From contig CALVKT010000033.1 in the NCBI GenBank assembly GCA_944333055.1, positions 1,268 to 25,267 of the forward strand: a DNA stretch of 24,000 bases, read 5' to 3'. Below, piece after piece: positions 10,336-16,741 of this stretch. A program made the position numbers and the translations under genes. The number at the start of each line of letters is the position of its first letter. Position 1 is the first letter of the stretch. This stretch comes from an uncultured Clostridia bacterium. Lineage in GTDB: Bacteria > Bacillota > Clostridia > Christensenellales > Aristaeellaceae. Under the pieces are notes generated by a model. That model was given only the letters and a program-made list of their open reading frames with translations, ran no database searches and was not told where the DNA came from.

Positions 10336-10382
10336 GGCCCCGGCGCCGCGTATCTGCGGCGCCGGGGCCCCTGCTGTTTTTC
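10336..10382. terminator. Terminator between convergent genes (TSUP on +, degV on -)
   Basis: 15-bp perfect stem gggccccggcgccgc (10336-10350) / gcggcgccggggccc (10357-10371) with loop gtatct. On + it is followed by ctgcTGTTTTTcg. The minus-side T-tract is weak (cTTTGc). Confidence 0.8.
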
Positions 10383-10383
10383 G

Positions 10384-11223
10384 TTATGCGTTCGCGTCCT
10401 CGTAGCCGACGATCATGCCGCCCTCTTCCGCATAGAAGCTGCACAGCGCGGTCGTCTCCTCGCAGGCGATGTCCGCATCCGGGTACTCGGCGCGGATCAG
10501 CGCTTCCAGCTGCCGGGCCGCGTCATCGTTGCAGCAGCAGCTGATGCGCACCTTGCCGCCCGCATAGCCGGTCGCCTTCATCTCGGCGACCATCGTCTCC
10601 ACGGAGCGCTTCGCGCCGCGGCACTTGTGCTCCTGCTGCAAGGTGCCCTCGTCGCTCGCCTTGCCCACGACCCAGATGCCCAGCACGCCCGCGATCTTCG
10701 CGACGGCGTGGTGCACGCGGCCATTGCGCGCAAGGTTGTTGAGCGAGCGCAGCGCAAAGAGCGTGTGCGTGTGCGTCATGTACGCGCGCGTCGAAGCTTC
10801 GATCTCCTCAAAGCTGCGCGCGGAGAGGATGCCCTCGCGCGTCTTCTCCGCGATCAGACGCAGTTCCGGCCCGGCGGAGAGCGAGTCAAACACGCAGACC
10901 TTTCTGTCCGGATGCGCGCTCGTGTACTCCTGCGCCGCCTGCATGGCCGCGTTGTAGCTGCCCGACAGCGCGCTGGTGATGGTGATCGCGAAGACGTGCT
11001 GCGCATCGCCGAACGCCTCCAGCCAATCGTACATGTTCGGGCAGGATGTGCTGGACGTCCCCTTGTACGCCTTGAGGTCTGCAACCATCTGCGCCACGTC
11101 CAGCCGGGCGTCGTCGACGTATTCCCTCTCCCTGGTGATGATCTTGAGCGGCACGTTGGCAAACGCCACGCCGTCAAAGGAACGCATATTGGCGGACGAG
11201 TCCGCGGCAATCTTATACTGCAT
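10384..11223 (-). CDS. DegV family (EDD-fold, fatty-acid-binding) protein
   Basis: ORF 10384..11238 (-). AAGGAG lies 6 nt before the second ATG (MQYKIAADSSANM, 11223). DegV-like pattern: I..DS..., VPLKII, ITSALSGSYNAA, VFDSLSAGPE, LNNLARNGRV. Confidence 0.8.
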   Translation of the reverse strand: MQYKIAADSSANMRSFDGVAFANVPLKIITREREYVDDARLDVAQMVADLKAYKGTSSTSCPNMYDWLEAFGDAQHVFAITITSALSGSYNAAMQAAQEYTSAHPDRKVCVFDSLSAGPELRLIAEKTREGILSARSFEEIEASTRAYMTHTHTLFALRSLNNLARNGRVHHAVAKIAGVLGIWVVGKASDEGTLQQEHKCRGAKRSVETMVAEMKATGYAGGKVRISCCCNDDAARQLEALIRAEYPDADIACEETTALCSFYAEEGGMIVGYEDANA

Positions 11224-11278
11224 GCCTTGCTCCTTCATATCCTTTTCCCTTGCAAGAGCCCGTTTGCTCTTTCAGCTT

Positions 11279-11308
11279 ATTCTACCGCATCACGATATAC
11301 CCCGTCAA
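11279..11308 (-). promoter_or_regulatory. Candidate sigma-A promoter for degV
   Basis: The minus strand reads TTGACG (11308-11303), an 18-nt spacer, then TAGAAT (11284-11279). Confidence 0.55.
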
Positions 11309-11339
11309 GAGTTTTTTAAAAACTTGTAATCCGGTTCAA

Positions 11340-11368
11340 TTGACTTTTTCTCCGATCCGTTGTATAAT
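11340..11368 (+). promoter_or_regulatory. Near-consensus extended -10 sigma-A promoter for the DUF1836 gene
   Basis: TTGACT (11340-11345), a 17-nt spacer ending in TG, then TATAAT (11363-11368). The first ATG of ORF 11360..11935 lies inside this promoter, which argues for the ATG at 11390 as the start. Confidence 0.75.
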
Positions 11369-11389
11369 GGCGAAGAACGGAGGGATGAC

Positions 11390-11935
11390 ATGGAACAGAT
11401 GCTCAGGGATCGGCTCAACGCGTCCATTCAGTCGCTTCACCTGCCCACCTATCAGGAGATTCCAAACGTGGGGCTGTATCTGGAGCAGACGGCCAAGTAC
11501 ATTTCCGACTCGCTCGCGCCGATTCAAAGCGCGCCCATCACGGGCTCGATGATCAGCAACTACGTCAAGAAGGGCCTCATCGCCAAGCCCCTGCGCAAGC
11601 AGTACAACCGCGAGCAGATCGCGCAGCTCATCTTCATCGCCGTGGCCAAGACGGTCGTCTCCATGGACGATCTGAGCCTCATGCTCTCCATCCAGCGCAA
11701 GACGTACAGCGTTCAGGTCGCCTACGACTACTTCCGCACGGAGCTCTACGCGATGCTCGAATGCGTCTTCTCCCGCACGGGCGAGCTGGACACGCTCGAC
11801 GCGCAGGCGACCGAGGAGAAGGCCATGCTGCACAACACCGTCATCACCGTCGCGCACCGCATCTACCTGAGCAACCTGCTCGCCGTGCTGCGCGCGGAGA
11901 CGGATGGCGCACCCTCGCCGGACGGCAAACCCTGA
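11390..11935 (+). CDS. DUF1836 domain protein (function unknown; commonly found next to degV)
   Basis: In frame with ORF 11360..11935. GGAGGG lies 5 nt before the ATG at 11390 (MEQMLRDRLN). DUF1836-type strings: YLEQTAKYISD, ITGSMISNYVKKGLIAKP, YNREQIAQLIFI. Confidence 0.7.
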   Translation: MEQMLRDRLNASIQSLHLPTYQEIPNVGLYLEQTAKYISDSLAPIQSAPITGSMISNYVKKGLIAKPLRKQYNREQIAQLIFIAVAKTVVSMDDLSLMLSIQRKTYSVQVAYDYFRTELYAMLECVFSRTGELDTLDAQATEEKAMLHNTVITVAHRIYLSNLLAVLRAETDGAPSPDGKP

Positions 11936-11993
11936 CGAGACGAAAGCCGCTCCTTCATGCGTGCGAAACGGCATCCCCTGTTGCGGATGCGCG

Positions 11994-12024
11994 GCCCCGC
12001 GTCAAGCCGGGGTCTTTTGTTTTG
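11994..12024 (+). terminator. Terminator after the DUF1836 gene
   Basis: Stem ccccg (11995-11999) / cgggg (12008-12012) with an 8-nt loop, followed by tCTTTTGTTTTG (12013-12024). Confidence 0.55.
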
Positions 12025-12147
12025 CACGAACGGCGCTCAAACACGCATGCGCTGCGCGTCCGCCCCCGTCTTCGTCGCAGGCGGCGAAGCCGCTTGCCTT
12101 TCCGGAAAACACGCGTGGCCGCCAGCCGCGCGTGCGAACCGGCATGA

Positions 12148-12186
12148 CAAAAGACGCCGCAAGGATGGATGACATCTTTGCGGCGT
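12148..12186 (-). terminator. Terminator after the DUF3794 gene (hairpin usable in both directions)
   Basis: 9-bp stem acgccgcaa (12154-12162) / ttgcggcgt (12178-12186). On the minus strand it is followed by CTTTTG (12153-12148), and on the plus strand by tcggTTTTc. It starts 8 nt past the stop codon at 12194-12196. Confidence 0.65.
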
Positions 12187-12193
12187 TCGGTTT

Positions 12194-13699
12194 TCATCGC
12201 TTGAACGCCAGCAGCGCGCGCTTGCCCGCCGGGCGCAGGCTGTCCTGCGCCACGCGCAGCCGCCGCGCCGTCTCCCAGCGCGACTCGCCCTGCGCCGGCC
12301 AGACGAGCACGAAGCCGTGCTCCTCCTGCGCCTGCGGCTGCTCGATCACGTCGGTCACGCCCTGAATCCGCTGCACGCCGTGCTGCGCGGCGCGCAGGCC
12401 CAGCACGCAGCGCAGCTCCGCGCGGTCGCTCGTCATCGCGCCGACCGTCGTCTCGATGGGATACGCCTGCGCGTACACGCCCTCGCCCGCCTCCACCGGG
12501 AACGTCATGGCGAACGGCTCGCGCGTGCGCACGGAGACCGGGATGTCCGAATCGACCGGCAGGTAGAGCAGCGTCACGGCCATCACGCCCTCCACGTCCA
12601 GCCGCTTGCCCGCGGGCGTGGCCGCCGTGACGGACGGCTGTGCAAAAGCGGCCAGCGGCGTGCCGATGGGCGGCGCATCGCTGGGCATCGTCACCTGCAT
12701 GCGAGTGCTCTCGCGCACGTCCGCGCTCTCTTCAAGCGCGTGCACGTCCAGCTCCTCCGTCACCGGCTCGATGGCGGGGCCGGTCGTGCTGTAGAGGTCT
12801 GCCAGCAGCTCCCGCTGCTCCCGCCTGCACCGGCGCAGCCGCACGCGCACCTCCGCCTCCACGCGCAACGTGCGCCCCTTTTCGCCCTCCACGGAGTCCG
12901 CCATCACGTCGGTCACCTCGGCGTCGGCCTGCATCTGCGCGTCCTCCTCGATCGCGGGCACGTCGATGCTCACGTCAAAGGGCATCTCGTGCACCGTCGT
13001 CACCAGCGGGCCGCCGCCCTGCGCGCTGCGGTGCAGCACGCGCACCTCGATCGCGCCGGATACGCCGATGCGCCCGTTGCCGCCGGAGAGCTCGCCCGCC
13101 TGCGCCACGGCCGTCGCGCTGAGCACGTCGCCCACGCCCAGCCGCGCGGGCAGGTCGAACTCCTCGCGCACCAGCGCACGGTTCTCGCCCAGCGTCTCGC
13201 CGGTGCAAAAGGAAACCGTCTGCGTCTTCGTCTGCAAACCGGCCTCGCCGCGCACATCCTCCGCCTGCGTGATCCACTCGCGCTCGACGGCCTCAAACGC
13301 CTGCACGCCGATCTCCAGCAGCGCGCGCAGCGTGATGCGGCCGCTGCCCGCGCTGCCCTCCGCCTCCTGCACGGCCGCCGAGGCGGACACGCGCATCGCC
13401 GGCGCCGCGCCGGCAAGCGGCAGCGTATGTGCGAAGTCGCAGCTCGTCTCCAGCGCGCGCACGCGGGTCAGATCGCCCTGCGTGTAGAGCACCTGAAAGC
13501 ACACGCGCCCGCGCACGGCCGCCTCGCCGCTGCCCGCCTGCGCGCCCGTCAAGTGCGCCTGCGCCTGCACACTCAGCACGGTCACGGCGTCGCGCATGCT
13601 GCCCGGCAGCGCCGCTTCGCCCTCGATGGTCACCTGTTCCTCGCCGCGGTTCACCAACCGCTCAAAGCGCAGCGTCTCTCGCGTCAGCTTCAGTTCCAC
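12194..13699 (-). CDS. DUF3794 domain protein with a degenerate C-terminal LysM-like segment (SipL/SpoVID-like sporulation-type protein)
   Basis: 501-aa ORF with a GTG start at 13699 preceded by GGGAGGG. The composition is acidic and Val/Thr/Ala-rich. DUF3794-like repeated modules are present (VTVLSVQAQAHLTGAQ...RGRVCFQVLYTQGD; GRIGVSGAIEVRVLHRS; LDVEGVMAVTLLYLP). The C terminus FVLVWPAQGESRWETARRLRVAQDSLRPAG resembles a weak LysM. The antisense ORF 12317..13762 is Arg/His/Ala junk. Confidence 0.6.
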   Translation of the reverse strand: MELKLTRETLRFERLVNRGEEQVTIEGEAALPGSMRDAVTVLSVQAQAHLTGAQAGSGEAAVRGRVCFQVLYTQGDLTRVRALETSCDFAHTLPLAGAAPAMRVSASAAVQEAEGSAGSGRITLRALLEIGVQAFEAVEREWITQAEDVRGEAGLQTKTQTVSFCTGETLGENRALVREEFDLPARLGVGDVLSATAVAQAGELSGGNGRIGVSGAIEVRVLHRSAQGGGPLVTTVHEMPFDVSIDVPAIEEDAQMQADAEVTDVMADSVEGEKGRTLRVEAEVRVRLRRCRREQRELLADLYSTTGPAIEPVTEELDVHALEESADVRESTRMQVTMPSDAPPIGTPLAAFAQPSVTAATPAGKRLDVEGVMAVTLLYLPVDSDIPVSVRTREPFAMTFPVEAGEGVYAQAYPIETTVGAMTSDRAELRCVLGLRAAQHGVQRIQGVTDVIEQPQAQEEHGFVLVWPAQGESRWETARRLRVAQDSLRPAGKRALLAFKR

Positions 13700-13735
13700 G
13701 CGCCGTCCCTCCCTTTGTCCATCCTTTTGCCTTTC

Positions 13736-13764
13736 AGCGTATGCGCACGGATGGAAAAATAGAC
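13736..13764 (-). promoter_or_regulatory. Weak candidate sporulation-sigma (sigma-E/K-like) promoter upstream of the DUF3794 gene
   Basis: The minus strand reads GTCTATTT (13764-13757), 13 nt, then CATACGCT (13743-13736). CATAC..T resembles the mother-cell sigma -10 consensus CATACA-T / CATA---TA. It lies about 37 nt upstream of the GTG. This is pattern resemblance only. Confidence 0.2.
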
Positions 13765-13769
13765 GGGCG

Positions 13770-15482
13770 TCAGTCGCGCAGGCGCGCGTTGATGGCGGCC
13801 ATCTCCGCGCAGGCCACCTTGGTCACGCGCCGGTCGTACGTCATCATGCCGTTGATCTCGTCCTCCACGTCGCTCACCTGCGTGTAGACCGCGGCGGCAA
13901 GCCCCTGTGTCCTGGCCGGGATGATCTCTTCCTCGTAGAGCCGGCGAAGCTGCGCGAACAGTTCCTGCCGGGACGCGTTCTTTTTGTAGCCGAATGTCTT
14001 GCCGCCCCACACGTGCCCGGCCAGCGCGCACGTGTAGCCGCCGAACTCCGAGAGGACCACGCAGCGCCCCCGGCGGTCAGGCCTGAAGCGATAGCGCCGG
14101 AAGTAGACGTGCTCGCTTTTGAGCGTGCCGATGCCCTGATCGTGCCAGCCGCTGGCGTGGTCGATGACGCGCGTTGCATCCAGCGCCCGAATGCGGCGCA
14201 CGGCCTCGGCCGCATCAAACTGGCCCCAGCCCTCGTTGAAGGGCACCCAGAGCACGACGCACGGGCTGTTGTAGAGATGGCGCACCGTCTCCTCCAGCTC
14301 CGCGTAGTAGGCGGCGCGCCCCTGCGCGTCCTGGCGCCCGAACCACGCGTAATGGTGATCCCGCAGGTGCACGCCCGTCACGAGCGGCGCGGTGATGATC
14401 AGCGGGTTTTCCCGCCTGCCGCCGTTGACCATGTCCTGCCAGACGAGCATGCCCAGCCGGTCGCAGTGGTAATACCAGCGCAGCGGCTCGACCTTGATGT
14501 GCTTGCGCAGCATGTTGAAGCCCATGTCCCTGGCCGTCCGGATGTCGTGGATCATCGCGGCGTCGCTGGGCGCGGTGTACAGCCCGTCGGGCCAATAGCT
14601 CTGATCCAGCAGCCCCGTCTGAAAATACGGCCTGCCGTTGAGAAACAGGCGCGCTACGCCCTGCGCGTCGGCGCGCACCGCCACGCTGCGCAGGGCAAAG
14701 TAGCTCTCCACGCAATCCTCGCCGCAGGCCGCCGTAAAGGCGTACAGGTGCGGCGACTCCGGCGACCACGGCAAAAACGCTTCCGGCACAAGCGTGACCG
14801 CCTCGCCGCTTCGCGCCTCGTGCGTCCGCCCCTCGAACGTCACACAGACCGGCGCGGACACATTCGTCTTCACGACGATCCGGCATGCCTTCTCCTCCAG
14901 GCAGGGCGTGATCTCCAGGCTCGTGATGTACACGTCCGGCACGCGCTCCATCCACACGGTCTGCCAGATGCCGCTCTGCGGCGTATACCAGATGCCTCCG
15001 CGCTTCGTGCGCTGCTTGCCCCGGCTGTGCCAGGCGGCGTCCGTCTCGTCGCGCACGCATACGGTCAGTTCGCGCTCCCCGTCCGTCATTGCGTCGGTGA
15101 TGTCCGCCGAAAACGGCGTGTAGCCGCCCGCGTGCCGCGCAACCGGCACGCCGCTCACGTACACCTCGGCCTGCTGATCGACCGCGCCGAAGTGCAGCAG
15201 CACGCGGCCGCCCGACCCCGGCACATCGGGCAGCGCGCGCCGGTACCAGAGCATTTCGTCCCGCGCGAGCGCGCGGCCCACGCCAGAAAGCGGCGCTTCC
15301 GGCGAGAACGGCACGAGGATGCGCTGCCACGCCGTGGGCGCCTCGCCCACCCTGGCGAACGCGCAGTCCCAATATCCGTTGAGGTTGACGTAGGATGCGC
15401 GCGCCATCTGCGGGCGCGGGTATTCCGTCAGCACGGCCTGCGGGTCGATCTGCTCGCCCCAGACGGTCGTCAGCTTGTCCAT
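13770..15482 (-). CDS. Glycoside hydrolase family 2 protein (beta-galactosidase/beta-glucuronidase-type)
   Basis: ORF 13770..15545 (-). AAGGGGG precedes the internal ATG at 15482 (MDKLTTVWGEQIDPQAVLTEYPRPQM). The region upstream of that ATG is repeat sequence. GH2 features: YPRPQM...LNGYWDCAF N-terminal sugar-binding domain, GFNMLRKHIKVEP, and VLWVPFNEGWGQFD (acid/base Glu region). Confidence 0.8.
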   Translation of the reverse strand: MDKLTTVWGEQIDPQAVLTEYPRPQMARASYVNLNGYWDCAFARVGEAPTAWQRILVPFSPEAPLSGVGRALARDEMLWYRRALPDVPGSGGRVLLHFGAVDQQAEVYVSGVPVARHAGGYTPFSADITDAMTDGERELTVCVRDETDAAWHSRGKQRTKRGGIWYTPQSGIWQTVWMERVPDVYITSLEITPCLEEKACRIVVKTNVSAPVCVTFEGRTHEARSGEAVTLVPEAFLPWSPESPHLYAFTAACGEDCVESYFALRSVAVRADAQGVARLFLNGRPYFQTGLLDQSYWPDGLYTAPSDAAMIHDIRTARDMGFNMLRKHIKVEPLRWYYHCDRLGMLVWQDMVNGGRRENPLIITAPLVTGVHLRDHHYAWFGRQDAQGRAAYYAELEETVRHLYNSPCVVLWVPFNEGWGQFDAAEAVRRIRALDATRVIDHASGWHDQGIGTLKSEHVYFRRYRFRPDRRGRCVVLSEFGGYTCALAGHVWGGKTFGYKKNASRQELFAQLRRLYEEEIIPARTQGLAAAVYTQVSDVEDEINGMMTYDRRVTKVACAEMAAINARLRD

Positions 15483-15509
15483 GCGCTTTGCCCCCTTTTT
15501 ATACCCACC

Positions 15510-15626
15510 CTTGATGAAAACAATCAGAACCGCAATGGTCGCCACGCGCCGCTGCGGTGCCCGCCGCTTACGCCGCGAGCATAGAAGACGTGAGGGCTGC
15601 CGCCCTGAAACCCAGGGCTTTCATCC
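15510..15626 (+). repeat. Copy A of the interspersed structured repeat (5' arm and central block; short form closed by GATGAAA...TTTCATC)
   Basis: By hand alignment, 15510-15612 matches 16461-16567 with 7 substitutions and one 4-nt indel (gcga). It contains the hairpin gaaccgca...tgcggtgc and the terminal inverted pair ttgatgaaa (15511-15519) / tttcatc (15619-15625). Confidence 0.85.
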
Positions 15627-15718
15627 ATTGAACTCGACGATCTCGCCCTTTTCCGCCGGATCGGCCCAGTACGCGTCCGCCATATCCGCATCCGTCCTCC
15701 CTTGTCGCCATTTTTTCC

Positions 15719-15747
15719 ATTATAGCATGCTGCATCGGCGCGCACAA
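15719..15747 (-). promoter_or_regulatory. Candidate extended -10 promoter for the GH2 gene (implies a roughly 230-nt leader)
   Basis: The minus strand reads TTGTGC (15747-15742), a 17-nt spacer ending in TG-c, then TATAAT (15724-15719). No better -10/-35 pair lies between it and the ATG at 15482. Confidence 0.55.
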
Positions 15748-15751
15748 GCGA

Positions 15752-15780
15752 TTGAACACGGCCGCGCGATGTGCTACAAT
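15752..15780 (+). promoter_or_regulatory. Candidate extended -10 promoter for the acetyltransferase gene
   Basis: TTGAAC (15752-15757), a 17-nt spacer ending in TG-c, then TACAAT (15775-15780). It is back-to-back with the GH2 promoter, with 4 bp between the two -35 boxes. Confidence 0.6.
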
Positions 15781-15810
15781 AGGCAAAAACAACCACAGGA
15801 GGGGACGATT

Positions 15811-16452
15811 TTGAGTCTCAGGGAACAGATGGAAACCGGCAAGGTCTATATCGAATACGGGCACGCGTCCGAGGAGGACAGGGCCTACGCGCAGGAGATC
15901 GAATCGCAGCGCCAGCGCGCCAAGGAGCTCTGCTTTGACTACAACAACACCCGTCCGCTGGACACGACGCGCAAGGACGCGCTGCTCACGCAGCTGCTGG
16001 GCAGCCGCGGCAAATCCCTCTGGATGGAAGCGCCGATCCACTTCGCCTACGGCTGCAACACGCACATCGGCGACCACGTCTACGCCAACTTCAACCTGAC
16101 CGTCGTGGACGACGGCGAATGCCGCATCGGCAGCTACGTGATGTTCGCACCAAACGTCGTCATCTCCACCACCGGCCATCCCATCGCCCCGGCCATGCGC
16201 GACAAGGGCGCGCAGTTCTCCCTGCCGGTGGTCATCAGGGATCACGTGTGGATCGGCGCAAATGTGACGATCATGCCGGGCGTCACCATCGGGGAAAACA
16301 GCGTCATCGGCGCGGGCAGCGTCGTCACCCGCGACATTCCCGCCAACGTCGTCGCCTGCGGCGTGCCCTGCCGCGTGATGCGCCCCATCACGCCGGAGGA
16401 TGCGCGCTACTACCGTCCGGGCATGGAGATCAACGAGGACTGGGACAAATAA
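15811..16452 (+). CDS. maa: Maltose/galactoside O-acetyltransferase (Maa/LacA-type hexapeptide-repeat acetyltransferase)
   Basis: In frame with ORF 15475..16452. AGGAGGGG (15798-15805) lies 5 nt before the TTG at 15811; an alternative ATG is at 15829. Maa-like N terminus REQMETGKVY...RAKELCFDYNNT. Left-handed beta-helix repeats: IGDHVYANFNLTVVD, IGSYVMFAPNVVISTTGHP, VWIGANVTIMPGVTIGENSVIGAGSVVTRDIPANVVACGVPCRVMRPI. Confidence 0.85.
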   Translation: MSLREQMETGKVYIEYGHASEEDRAYAQEIESQRQRAKELCFDYNNTRPLDTTRKDALLTQLLGSRGKSLWMEAPIHFAYGCNTHIGDHVYANFNLTVVDDGECRIGSYVMFAPNVVISTTGHPIAPAMRDKGAQFSLPVVIRDHVWIGANVTIMPGVTIGENSVIGAGSVVTRDIPANVVACGVPCRVMRPITPEDARYYRPGMEINEDWDK

Positions 16453-16460
16453 TACTAACT

Positions 16461-16625
16461 CTTGATGAAAACAGCGAATCAGAACCGCAATGGTCGCTAC
16501 GCTCCGCTGCGGTTCCCGCCGTTTACGCCGTGATCATAGAAGACGTGAGGGCTGCCGCCCTAAAACCTGCCTGAGGGATTTCAGACTCCCTTCTTCGCTT
16601 CGCGCCGTTTTAAGTTTTTCATCAG
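16461..16625 (+). repeat. Copy B, the only complete copy of the interspersed structured repeat (about 165 nt, bounded by terminal inverted repeats)
   Basis: Terminal inverted repeats cttgatgaaaac (16461-16472) and gtttttcatcag (16614-16625). Internal 8-bp hairpin gaaccgca (16482-16489) / tgcggttc (16508-16515). A second small stem is aggga...tccct (about 16575-16592). It carries all three sequence blocks found separately in copies A and C. Confidence 0.85.
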
Positions 16626-16680
16626 AAATCAGTATAAGCCGGTCGGCAAAAAGCCGCCCATTCGGGCAGGCGTCATCGCA

Positions 16681-16715
16681 AAAACGGAGCCGTATCCATG
16701 ATACCGCTCCGTTTT
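16681..16715 (-). terminator. Terminator after the nucleotidyltransferase gene (symmetrical, could also stop + transcription from maa)
   Basis: Perfect 10-bp stem aaaacggagc (16681-16690) / gctccgtttt (16706-16715) with a 15-nt loop. U-runs are built into both arms. It lies 27 nt past the stop at 16742. Confidence 0.7.
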
Positions 16716-16741
16716 GTGATGCTTGCGCCTTTTCCCGCCGC

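Noticed and set aside
15621-15683. 20-codon sORF MADAYWADPAEKGEIVEFNG on the minus strand in the GH2 leader, with gene-like codon usage.
   Set aside because: The GGAGG lies 12 nt from the ATG, which is long. The sORF is very short, and its stop codon is supplied by the repeat. A competing ATG in another frame sits closer to the same RBS. I cannot distinguish it from chance in GC-rich DNA, so it is mentioned only under the leader finding.
13770-16452. GH2 plus Maa/LacA-type acetyltransferase as evidence of a lac-operon-like unit of special interest.
   Set aside because: The two genes are divergently transcribed from separate promoters, and no permease or regulator is present. A glycosidase next to an acetyltransferase is common and is explained by ordinary sugar metabolism or detoxification.
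15510-16625. Whether the flanking repeats are integron attC sites (gene-cassette structure) or a CRISPR-like array.
   Set aside because: I found no RYYYAAC / GTTRRRY core sites at the repeat ends, no intI gene, and the cassette carries its own promoter. There are only two copies about 950 bp apart and they are more than 100 nt long, which is incompatible with CRISPR repeat-spacer geometry.
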